From positions 18,956 to 82,955 of the forward strand of contig JAEETO010000001.1 of assembly GCA_016290385.1 (NCBI GenBank): a stretch of 64,000 nt of DNA, given 5' to 3'. A program made the translations under genes and the position numbers. The stretch's first letter is position 1. Each line of letters starts with the position of its first letter. Positions 16,606-23,667 of this stretch are shown here, piece after piece. The notes beneath the pieces are model-generated. The model ran no database searches and was not told where the DNA came from. It saw nothing but the letters and a program-made list of their open reading frames with translations. The stretch comes from Bacteroidales bacterium. GTDB taxonomy: Bacteria; Bacteroidota; Bacteroidia; Bacteroidales; UBA932.

Positions 16606-17610
16606 CTATGCCTCGTCCAGCTCCGGACCATCGTAGACGTCGTCTTTCGGGGGCTGGGGGAGGTGGACTTGCAGCAGGTGAGTGCCGCCGGCTGCAGGAA
16701 TAAGCGTTACGGTGTCGAGCGATGCCGGGATGAGCATGGTCTCTCCGGCTGCCAGCGGGAAGGAGGCACCGTCGCATTGGACGGTCAGGGAGCCGGTCAG
16801 GCATTGGAAAACTACGCAACTCCTGAACTGTTCCATCGCAATCTTGGCGGGAGCCGTTAGTGAAAGGCTTGTAATCACGAAGTGCGGATCTTCGACGAGG
16901 ACGCGGACGCTTTCTCCCTTTTCGACGGCCTTCGCGGGATCCGTCTCCAAATGACAGCTGCATGCGGCTTCGTCGTATTTCTTGTAGTTGATGCTGTCGA
17001 GGGCCTCGTCGAGATGCATCTCGCGCCGGGTGGCGGGATTGAATTCCCGGCCCCAGTCGTAAAGGCGGAAGGTCATGTCGGAAGCTTCCTGGATTTCGGC
17101 GATCTTCAAGCCGCCGCCAGCTGCGTGGACCGTGCCTGTGGGAATGAAAAAGCAGTCGCCCGGCTGAGGCTTGTAGGCGTTCAGCAACTGGTCGGCCGTT
17201 CCGTCGTGGCAGGCCTTGTAGAGCGTGCCGGCATCGGTATCCTCCTTGAAGCCCATCCAGATGCGGGCATCCGGTCCGGCTTCCAGCACGTACCAGAATT
17301 CGGTCTTTCCAAACTCGCCGAAGCGCTCGGCTGCCACTTCGTCATCGGGATGCACCTGTACGGACAGGCGGTCTTCCACGACCAGGCGCTTGATCAGCAG
17401 CGGGAAATAGAGATTATGCCAGTCAAAGATTTCGTCGCCCACCAGGTCGCCCAGATAGGTTTCCAGAATGTCGGGAAGGTCATTATCAGCCAGGTAGCCG
17501 TCTGAGACCACGGATGGCGTCTCTTCGAAACCACACAGGTCCCAGTGTTCGCCGCCCCAGGCCTTAGGCATCCACTGGGGATGAAACTTTAGCGGGTAGA
17601 GTTTTTTCAT
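16606..17610 (-). CDS. manA: Mannose-6-phosphate isomerase, type I
   Basis: MKKLYPLKFHPQWMPKAWGG..., VQVHPDD and cupin His/Glu blocks (FIPTGTVHA). Confidence 0.85.
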   Translation of the reverse strand: MKKLYPLKFHPQWMPKAWGGEHWDLCGFEETPSVVSDGYLADNDLPDILETYLGDLVGDEIFDWHNLYFPLLIKRLVVEDRLSVQVHPDDEVAAERFGEFGKTEFWYVLEAGPDARIWMGFKEDTDAGTLYKACHDGTADQLLNAYKPQPGDCFFIPTGTVHAAGGGLKIAEIQEASDMTFRLYDWGREFNPATRREMHLDEALDSINYKKYDEAACSCHLETDPAKAVEKGESVRVLVEDPHFVITSLSLTAPAKIAMEQFRSCVVFQCLTGSLTVQCDGASFPLAAGETMLIPASLDTVTLIPAAGGTHLLQVHLPQPPKDDVYDGPELDEA

Positions 17611-18376
17611 AGAGGATATAGAGTGAAACGGCCGCCACTACGACACAGCCCGCGTAGGTGATCCAGTACTGGGTCGGCGGGAGTATGTCCATCAAACTTG
17701 CGTCGACAGGAAGGTCTGTCCAGATGCGGGATGTGATGACGGAGACCGCGTTGTTCAGGAAATGCATGAAAATAGTGGCCCAGAGGCAGTGAGTCCGCCA
17801 GTAGACCCAGCCCATGAAAAGGCCGATGAGGAAAGCCGGAATCGACTGCCAGGGATTCAGGTGCATGAAGGCGAAGAGAAAGGCCGACCAGAGGATGGCT
17901 TTCCGCGCACCCTTCTGCGGCAGCATGCCGCGCAGCATCATGCCGCGGCAGAGGAACTCTTCCAGGAGCGGCGCCAGGATGCAGGTGGACAGGATCACGT
18001 CCCATAGCGGAGAATCCAGGAAAGCCTGCTCAAATACCTTCTTAGCAAAGTCGGGCATAGGGATGAAAGACGTGGTGGGCTCGACGACGACATTGAGCGC
18101 CAGCATGGCGATGCCGGCGAGCAGGAAAAAGAGCACGGGATGCAACTTGCCGAAATGCGGCGCGTTGATGGGAAGCGGTCGCTCGCCGGCAAACTGGGCA
18201 TTGTCGCCCTGCCACCAGCAGAAGACCACCGGAATCATCATCATCACGAAATACTGCAGCGACTGCGGCGCATGCGGCATTACCACTGCCGCCAATATGC
18301 TGCCGACGATCATCAAGGCGACCAGCAGCCACGACTGTCCAAGCGAGGGCTTGAAATATTGAAACTTCTGAATCAT
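17564..18376 (-). CDS. CPBP-family intramembrane glutamic endopeptidase (CAAX protease-like)
   Basis: Multi-TM protein with EEFLCRG, FAFMHLN and HFLNN motifs. ATG 18376 (MIQKFQYF...) preferred. The 3' end overlaps the manA start by 47 nt. Confidence 0.75.
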   Translation of the reverse strand: MIQKFQYFKPSLGQSWLLVALMIVGSILAAVVMPHAPQSLQYFVMMMIPVVFCWWQGDNAQFAGERPLPINAPHFGKLHPVLFFLLAGIAMLALNVVVEPTTSFIPMPDFAKKVFEQAFLDSPLWDVILSTCILAPLLEEFLCRGMMLRGMLPQKGARKAILWSAFLFAFMHLNPWQSIPAFLIGLFMGWVYWRTHCLWATIFMHFLNNAVSVITSRIWTDLPVDASLMDILPPTQYWITYAGCVVVAAVSLYILYEKTLPAKVSSPVDA

Positions 18377-18502
18377 CGGCCAAAAATAAGCATTATTTCG
18401 ACACACCCCCACCTTATTTTGCTTTTTTGCGGATGGATGAGCGAAATCCGTCATTATCTTTGCGTCAACGAACGATTATCTGTATGAGAGCATCTGACCT
18501 TT

Positions 18503-18642
18503 CGCCAATCTGTGACACCGCCATCTCAGTCTGTATACAATATTCCTCAATGAACGTGGAACGACCCCCTGTACTGAGGGGGTCGTTCCACGCTTAGCGA
18601 CGCTGGCAGTGGCATAACCGCATCACAGGTGTCACAGATTGA
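18503..18642. repeat. MITE-like palindromic element (family 2), copy 2
   Basis: CGCCAATCTGTGACACC (18503-18519) and GGTGTCACAGATTG (18629-18642). Central hairpin CGTGGAACGACCCCC...GGGGGTCGTTCCACG (18555-18592). Same orientation as copy 1. Abuts the OmpA-family gene stop. Confidence 0.85.
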
Positions 18643-20160
18643 TTATTTCTTGACGAATTCGACGCGACGGTTCTTGGCGCGGCCTTCGTCGGTGCTGTTG
18701 TCGGCGATGGGCTCGTGGGCGCCTTTGCCGACGGCACGAAGATTGAACCCGTCGACACCCAAGCCTTCGAGGGCTTTCACGACCGCCTCGGCGCGTTGCT
18801 GGCTAAGAGGATCGTTGATCTTGTCAGAGCCTTGGTTGTCAGTATGACCCTGTACCTCGAAGCGGGCGGAAGGGTTCTTTTTCATGTAGTCAGCCACCTT
18901 CTGGATTTCCTCCATCGACTCGGGTTTCAAGGTCGCCTTGCCGGTTTCGAAAAGGATGTTGTTGGTGACGAACTTGCCAGTCTCGGCAATGGCCTTGGAT
19001 ACAGCGTCCGCATAATCAGTGGTATTCCGCTCATAGAGATCCATAGCTCCTTTGGCCATGATAACATTGCGGATATAGATGCCTTTTTTACTATCTGAAC
19101 TGCCCTCCATATGCCATCTGACGGGCTGTTGCATGTTAGGAATATTAACGATTCGAGCGCCATTCAAATATACTTTCATCGCGCGTTTGTTAAACGAGAA
19201 GGCGATATGGTTCCACGCATTTTTCTTGAACCATTTATCTATCTCATTATCTGATGCGTGAAATTCAATATCACTTCCATTGGGATTTTTAGCACCGCCT
19301 CCCCAATTAATGCCATTACCATAACCTTTACTATCCTCACTCATAAAGTCGGGATGAGATTCAGGGCTTATACGGATATCGAAGACACGCATGCCATCGC
19401 TGTCTTCCATACGAATATCCAACGTGGCGTCCCACGAACTTCCCTTCTGCGCAGGTTGAGACAGAACGTCAAACTCAATGGTAAATTGTTCAGGAAGATA
19501 ATCCTTTTCTTTCATCAAAGGAAAAATACGGCCATTCTCTTCGAGTTTGATGGCTTTGACGCCCTTGATGGTGACCACTTCGGCATAACCGCTGCTAATA
19601 TCCCACATGGAAGGGAATTCGCCTACCTGCTCATTTTCTACTGTATCGTCAAAAAAGACAACGGAACCTCGTTGAAAATCGCCATTTGCGTTTTCTGACT
19701 GTCCTGGATCATCTTCGGCACTTACCGGCCTTGGCGCACCGCAATCTTCGCAGAATTTCCCGGTATTCCCCTCATGACCACACTCAGGACAAGTCCAGGT
19801 CGCATCCTTGGCGGCCGGCCTCGGGGCACCGCATTCGGCGCAGAACTTGCCGGTGTTGCCTTCGTGGCCGCATTCGGGGCAGGTCCAGGTGCCATCGTCC
19901 TGGCCCTGGCGTTTCAGCTCCTCGGCCCGGGCCCTGTTCTCTTCGCGCAGCTGCTCCTCGTCCTGCCTGTTGCTCTTGTCTTTCTTGTTACCAAGTTTCC
20001 CGTCCAGCGCGTTGTTCACGCCCTTTTCGACTTTGTTGCCGATGTTGTTCTCGGCTGCATTCTTCGCCCGGTTCTTCAGGCGGTTGAGGATATCACTCTG
20101 TGCATAGGCTCCGCCGCAGACCAGCAGCAGGGCAGTTATCAGCAAAACGAGCTTTTTCAT
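18643..20160 (-). CDS. OmpA-family protein: signal peptide, charged coiled-coil, 2x zinc-ribbon, LamG/concanavalin-like domain, OmpA_C domain
   Basis: MKKLVLLITALLLVCGGAYAQ signal. TWTCPECGHEGNTGKFC(A/E)(E/D)CGAPRP occurs twice. C-terminal OmpA block NILFETGKATL...VQGHTDNQGS...NRRVEF. ATG 20160 preferred over GTG 20184. Confidence 0.8.
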   Translation of the reverse strand: MKKLVLLITALLLVCGGAYAQSDILNRLKNRAKNAAENNIGNKVEKGVNNALDGKLGNKKDKSNRQDEEQLREENRARAEELKRQGQDDGTWTCPECGHEGNTGKFCAECGAPRPAAKDATWTCPECGHEGNTGKFCEDCGAPRPVSAEDDPGQSENANGDFQRGSVVFFDDTVENEQVGEFPSMWDISSGYAEVVTIKGVKAIKLEENGRIFPLMKEKDYLPEQFTIEFDVLSQPAQKGSSWDATLDIRMEDSDGMRVFDIRISPESHPDFMSEDSKGYGNGINWGGGAKNPNGSDIEFHASDNEIDKWFKKNAWNHIAFSFNKRAMKVYLNGARIVNIPNMQQPVRWHMEGSSDSKKGIYIRNVIMAKGAMDLYERNTTDYADAVSKAIAETGKFVTNNILFETGKATLKPESMEEIQKVADYMKKNPSARFEVQGHTDNQGSDKINDPLSQQRAEAVVKALEGLGVDGFNLRAVGKGAHEPIADNSTDEGRAKNRRVEFVKK

Positions 20161-20231
20161 ATCGAAAATTTTTGACAGTGACACTATTGCAACATTTATG
20201 CAAAGCTAATCAATGTCTAAGAAAAAAGCAA

Positions 20232-20258
20232 GAGATTCCGGGTCATGCCCGAAATGAC
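20232..20258. repeat. GC hairpin repeat (family 3), inverted and diverged copy
   Basis: GAGATTCCGGGTCATGCCCGAAATGAC is the reverse complement of a variant of GTCATTCCGGGCTTGACCCGGAATCT. Lies just 3' of holA. Confidence 0.6.
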
Positions 20259-20264
20259 CCAGAT

Positions 20265-21323
20265 CTACGCGAGAATCTTCGCGGTGAGTTCCTTGAGGAG
20301 GTCGCCGTCGGTGGCTTCGCCGCGGGTGTTCGATTTGGAGCGCTGGTCGTAGTCCTTGAGAAGGGCGATGATTCGCATCACTTTCTTGACGGGATAGTTG
20401 CGCACGGCGGTGTCGTATTCGCCACCGAAATAAGGATTGATGCCGAGTTGCGTGAGGATGTCGTTACGGGAAATGCCGTCCTGCAGCAGGGCATGGTAGC
20501 GCAGCAGACGAAGGAAATGGCTGCTCAGGGCGGCCATGGTCATCGGAAGCGGGAAGCGTTTGGGAGAGTCGGCAAAAAAGCCGACGATGCGGAAGGCCTT
20601 GGCGGCATCGCGCAGGGAAAGGGCCTTGGTGAGCTCGAAGGCCGAGTAGTCACGGCTCATGCCCACGTTTTCTTCCACGTCCTGGATGGTGATCCGCCGG
20701 CGGTCTTCGGGCAGGATCTTGCGCAACTTCTCGACGGCCAGGGCCAGCTTCTGCAAGTCAGTTCCGGCCGATTCGGCCAGGAGAGAAGCGGCGTCGGGCG
20801 CGATGCTGAGCCCCTGTTCGGCGACGAATCCGTCGATCCAGCGGGCAATCTTGTAGTCGGGGATGGGATTCGACTCGAAGGCTACGCCGATTTTCTTTGC
20901 ATTCTTGTAGAAAGTGGAACGTTTGTCGATGTTCTTGCCACTCTTGGTGGGATCGTTGTTGGTCTTGTAGCAGACTACGAGCACGGTCGTGGGCTGGATG
21001 CCCTCGAAATACACGCCGATGTCCTCCACCTTCTTCATCATCTGGGCCTCCTTGACGACCACCAGCTGCCGGCTGATCATCATGGGAAACTGCCGTGCGG
21101 CGCTCACCACCTGGTTGGCTGTCACGTCGGCGCCGAAATACACCAGCTGGCCGAAGTCGCGCTCTTCGGGCGGGATGACGGTTTCCATCAACAACTTGCA
21201 GAGTTCGTCGATATAATAGTGCTCCTTGCCGAAGAGCAGGTAGAACGGCTTGATGTCGCCACGGAGAATTTCCTCGCGCAGCGCCTTGTATTCCTGAACG
21301 GTATCAGTGGTGGTCTTTGCCAT
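20265..21323 (-). CDS. holA: DNA polymerase III delta subunit
   Basis: KPFYLLFGKEHYYIDE..., VYFGADV and a delta-subunit-like layout. ATG 21323 chosen because the TTG at 21332 lies inside the -7 box. Confidence 0.75.
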   Translation of the reverse strand: MAKTTTDTVQEYKALREEILRGDIKPFYLLFGKEHYYIDELCKLLMETVIPPEERDFGQLVYFGADVTANQVVSAARQFPMMISRQLVVVKEAQMMKKVEDIGVYFEGIQPTTVLVVCYKTNNDPTKSGKNIDKRSTFYKNAKKIGVAFESNPIPDYKIARWIDGFVAEQGLSIAPDAASLLAESAGTDLQKLALAVEKLRKILPEDRRRITIQDVEENVGMSRDYSAFELTKALSLRDAAKAFRIVGFFADSPKRFPLPMTMAALSSHFLRLLRYHALLQDGISRNDILTQLGINPYFGGEYDTAVRNYPVKKVMRIIALLKDYDQRSKSNTRGEATDGDLLKELTAKILA

Positions 21324-21329
21324 ATTCAG

Positions 21330-21337
21330 CAAAGATA
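21330..21337 (-). promoter_or_regulatory. -7 promoter box (TATCTTTG) for holA
   Basis: The plus strand reads CAAAGATA. Only 6 nt separate the box from ATG 21323, which predicts a near-leaderless transcript. Confidence 0.5.
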
Positions 21338-21349
21338 CATAAAAACTGC

Positions 21350-21375
21350 GTCATTCCGGGCTTGACCCGGAATCT
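21350..21375. repeat. GC hairpin repeat (family 3)
   Basis: GTCATTCCGGGCTTGACCCGGAATCT (stem ATTCCGGG/CCCGGAAT). Lies between the divergent holA and cca promoters. Confidence 0.7.
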
Positions 21376-21381
21376 TTTCCG

Positions 21382-21389
21382 TATCTTTG
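21382..21389 (+). promoter_or_regulatory. -7 promoter box (TATCTTTG) for cca
   Basis: 4 nt upstream of ATG 21394, which predicts a leaderless transcript. Confidence 0.5.
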
Positions 21390-21393
21390 CAAT

Positions 21394-22791
21394 ATGTTTG
21401 CAGAGGCATTGAACGGCAGAATCTTCGACATCGTGTCGCGGACCGCACACGAGCAGGGCGTCCGGGCCTTCGTCATCGGGGGCTACGTGCGCGATTTCTT
21501 CCTGCAGCGCGAGAACAACGATATCGACATCGTGGTCGAAGGCAGCGGCATCGCCCTGGCTGAGGCCGTCGGGCAAAAATTGCATACGAAGGTGTCCGTT
21601 TTCAAGAATTTCGGAACGGCCATGCTTCACTGCGACGGCATGGAGGTCGAATTCGTCGGCGCCCGCCGCGAATCGTACCGGGCCAACTCCCGCAAGCCCA
21701 TCGTGGAAGACGGCACGCTTGAGGAAGACCAGCAGCGCCGCGATTTTACCATCAATGCCATGGCTTTCAGCCTGCAGCGCGACGACTATGGCAATCTGGT
21801 CGACCCCTTCGGAGGCATCCGCGACCTCAATGCCGGTCTTATCCGCACCCCGCTCGACCCCGACACCACCTACAGCGACGACCCGCTGCGCATGCTCCGC
21901 GGCATCCGCTTCGCCACGCAGCTGGGCTTTACCATCGTACCGGAATCCATCGCATCGATGCGGCGCAACAAGGAGCGGCTCCAGATTCTTTCGGCCGAGC
22001 GCATCGCCGACGAACTCAACAAGATCATGAAATGCCCGAAACCCTCCGTGGGCTTCTATCTGCTCGACGAATGCGAACTGCTGCCTTATGTGCTGCCCGC
22101 CCTCGCCGACCTGAAAGGCGTGGAGACGGTCTCAGGAAGAGGGCACAAAGACAATTTCAGGCACTCGCTCCAGGTGCTCGACAATGTGGCTGCCGCAAGC
22201 GACAACCTCTGGCTGCGCTGGGCCGCCCTGCTCCATGACATCGGCAAGGCACCGACCAAGCGCTGGGAGCCCGGCACCGGCTGGACTTTCCACGCCCACG
22301 AATATGTCGGTTCAAAGATGGTCAAGAACGTTTTCAACCGGCTGAAGATGTCACAGACCGAAGACATGAAATATGTCCAGAAACTGGTGGGCCTGCACAT
22401 GCGTCCTGTGGCGCTGGTCACCGACGAAGTGACCGACTCCGCCGTCCGCCGCCTGCTCTTCGAGGCCGGCGACGACATCGACGACCTGATGATCCTCTGC
22501 AAGGCCGACATCACCTCGGCCAACGAACAGAAAGTCGAGCGCTACAAACAGCAGTACGAGCATGTCCGCGAGAAACTGGTCGAAGTCGAAGCCAAGGATG
22601 CGGTACGCAACTTCAAGAATCCCATCACCGGCGAGCTTATCATGGAGAAATACCATCTCCCGCCCTGCCGCCAGGTGGGTGTCATCAAGGAGTACATCAA
22701 GGAAGCCATCCTCGACGGCATTATCCCCAACGACTACGATGCCGCCTACGCCCTTATGGAGCAGAAGGCCGCTGAACTCGGCTTATCTTAG
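21394..22791 (+). CDS. cca: tRNA nucleotidyltransferase (CCA-adding/poly(A) polymerase family) with HD domain
   Basis: AFVIGGYVRDFFL...NDIDIVVEG head domain, RDFTINAM, and an HD region (LLHDIGK). Confidence 0.8.
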   Translation: MFAEALNGRIFDIVSRTAHEQGVRAFVIGGYVRDFFLQRENNDIDIVVEGSGIALAEAVGQKLHTKVSVFKNFGTAMLHCDGMEVEFVGARRESYRANSRKPIVEDGTLEEDQQRRDFTINAMAFSLQRDDYGNLVDPFGGIRDLNAGLIRTPLDPDTTYSDDPLRMLRGIRFATQLGFTIVPESIASMRRNKERLQILSAERIADELNKIMKCPKPSVGFYLLDECELLPYVLPALADLKGVETVSGRGHKDNFRHSLQVLDNVAAASDNLWLRWAALLHDIGKAPTKRWEPGTGWTFHAHEYVGSKMVKNVFNRLKMSQTEDMKYVQKLVGLHMRPVALVTDEVTDSAVRRLLFEAGDDIDDLMILCKADITSANEQKVERYKQQYEHVREKLVEVEAKDAVRNFKNPITGELIMEKYHLPPCRQVGVIKEYIKEAILDGIIPNDYDAAYALMEQKAAELGLS

Positions 22792-23189
22792 TTTTCCCTT
22801 AACCAGTTTTCAGGAACAGTCGTGCAGTAATCGAAACCGCTGCCGTCGAAACGGCGGGCCAGGATGTGGGTCGTCGTGCCGTTGGTGACCAGAATGTAGC
22901 GTACCTGCAGGACACGGGTGTAGCGCAGGACCTGCTCGACGACCGAAGCATCGAGGGGAACGCCCGGCGCCTTGCATTCCACCAGCAGCAGGGGCTGCAG
23001 CGCGCGGTCGAAGACCAGCACGTCGGCGCGGTAGCGGCGGTGGTTGTACAGGAAACCATATTCGCTTTCCATGCGCGCAAGCGAGACGCCGCAGCTTTCA
23101 TGCAGCCAGCGGATAACTTGCTGCCGCACTTCCTCCTCGGGTGTGCGGGCAACGTTCTTGCGGCGCAAAGGATCGTAGATTTCGTCCAT
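22788..23189 (-). CDS. Stand-alone type I restriction enzyme HsdR N-terminal-like (PD-(D/E)xK) domain protein
   Basis: EEEVRQQVIRWL...RYRADVLVFD...LLLVECKAPGV...YILVTNG pattern of the HsdR_N family. Its stop overlaps the cca stop by 4 nt (convergent). Confidence 0.65.
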   Translation of the reverse strand: MDEIYDPLRRKNVARTPEEEVRQQVIRWLHESCGVSLARMESEYGFLYNHRRYRADVLVFDRALQPLLLVECKAPGVPLDASVVEQVLRYTRVLQVRYILVTNGTTTHILARRFDGSGFDYCTTVPENWLREN

Positions 23190-23193
23190 CGGC

Positions 23194-23667
23194 TCAGATC
23201 CGCTGGACGATCATGCCGACTTTCTGGAATTCGTTCCAGAGCCAGAGATATTCTTCCGTGGCCTTGACCACGATCAGCTTGACGATAAGCGTGGTCTGTT
23301 CGCCGGCTGCCAGGCGGTAATGAAGTTCGCATTCAACCTCTTCACCTTCAGCAGAAGGAATGACTTCGGTATAGCGGACATGGAGGTAACGCGTCTGGTC
23401 GTCACTCTGGATGCGGTAGGTACGACGGTCGCGGCTGGCAGCACGCTGATAGATATCCTGATTGTAGGCCAGCGCGATGGCCCCTTTGATATACAGGCCC
23501 TCTGTATAAGAAGACTCCAGTTGCTTGCGTTCCGCCGACTTGGTATCGACCGGTGTCGGAGGTTCGGGTCCGGGCGGATCGGGCTGCGGACAAGATACGG
23601 CCATCGTGGTGGCGACCAGCACGAGAAACAGCGCAAAACGCAGGATGAAGCCAGGGTTTCTTTTCAT
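23194..23667 (-). CDS. Hypothetical lipoprotein, translationally coupled to the M6 protease
   Basis: Signal/lipobox LVATTMAVSC followed by a Pro-rich linker. ATGA overlap with the upstream stop. Confidence 0.55.
   Translation of the reverse strand: MKRNPGFILRFALFLVLVATTMAVSCPQPDPPGPEPPTPVDTKSAERKQLESSYTEGLYIKGAIALAYNQDIYQRAASRDRRTYRIQSDDQTRYLHVRYTEVIPSAEGEEVECELHYRLAAGEQTTLIVKLIVVKATEEYLWLWNEFQKVGMIVQRI

Noticed and set aside
16422-16703. 93-aa ORF running through MITE-like copy 1 (and a 37-codon ATG ORF from 18485 through copy 2)
   Set aside because: The two repeat copies are read in different frames by these ORFs. The peptide is therefore not conserved, and the conservation is at the DNA/RNA-structure level.
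18455-18462. Orphan plus-strand TATCTTTG box pointing into MITE-like copy 2 (possible sRNA promoter)
   Set aside because: No downstream ORF or T-tract terminator is present, and no matching box precedes copy 1. A chance match cannot be excluded, so I did not call it.
22788-23189. Type I restriction-modification system
   Set aside because: Only the small HsdR N-terminal-like domain is present. There are no helicase/ATPase, HsdM or HsdS genes in the window.
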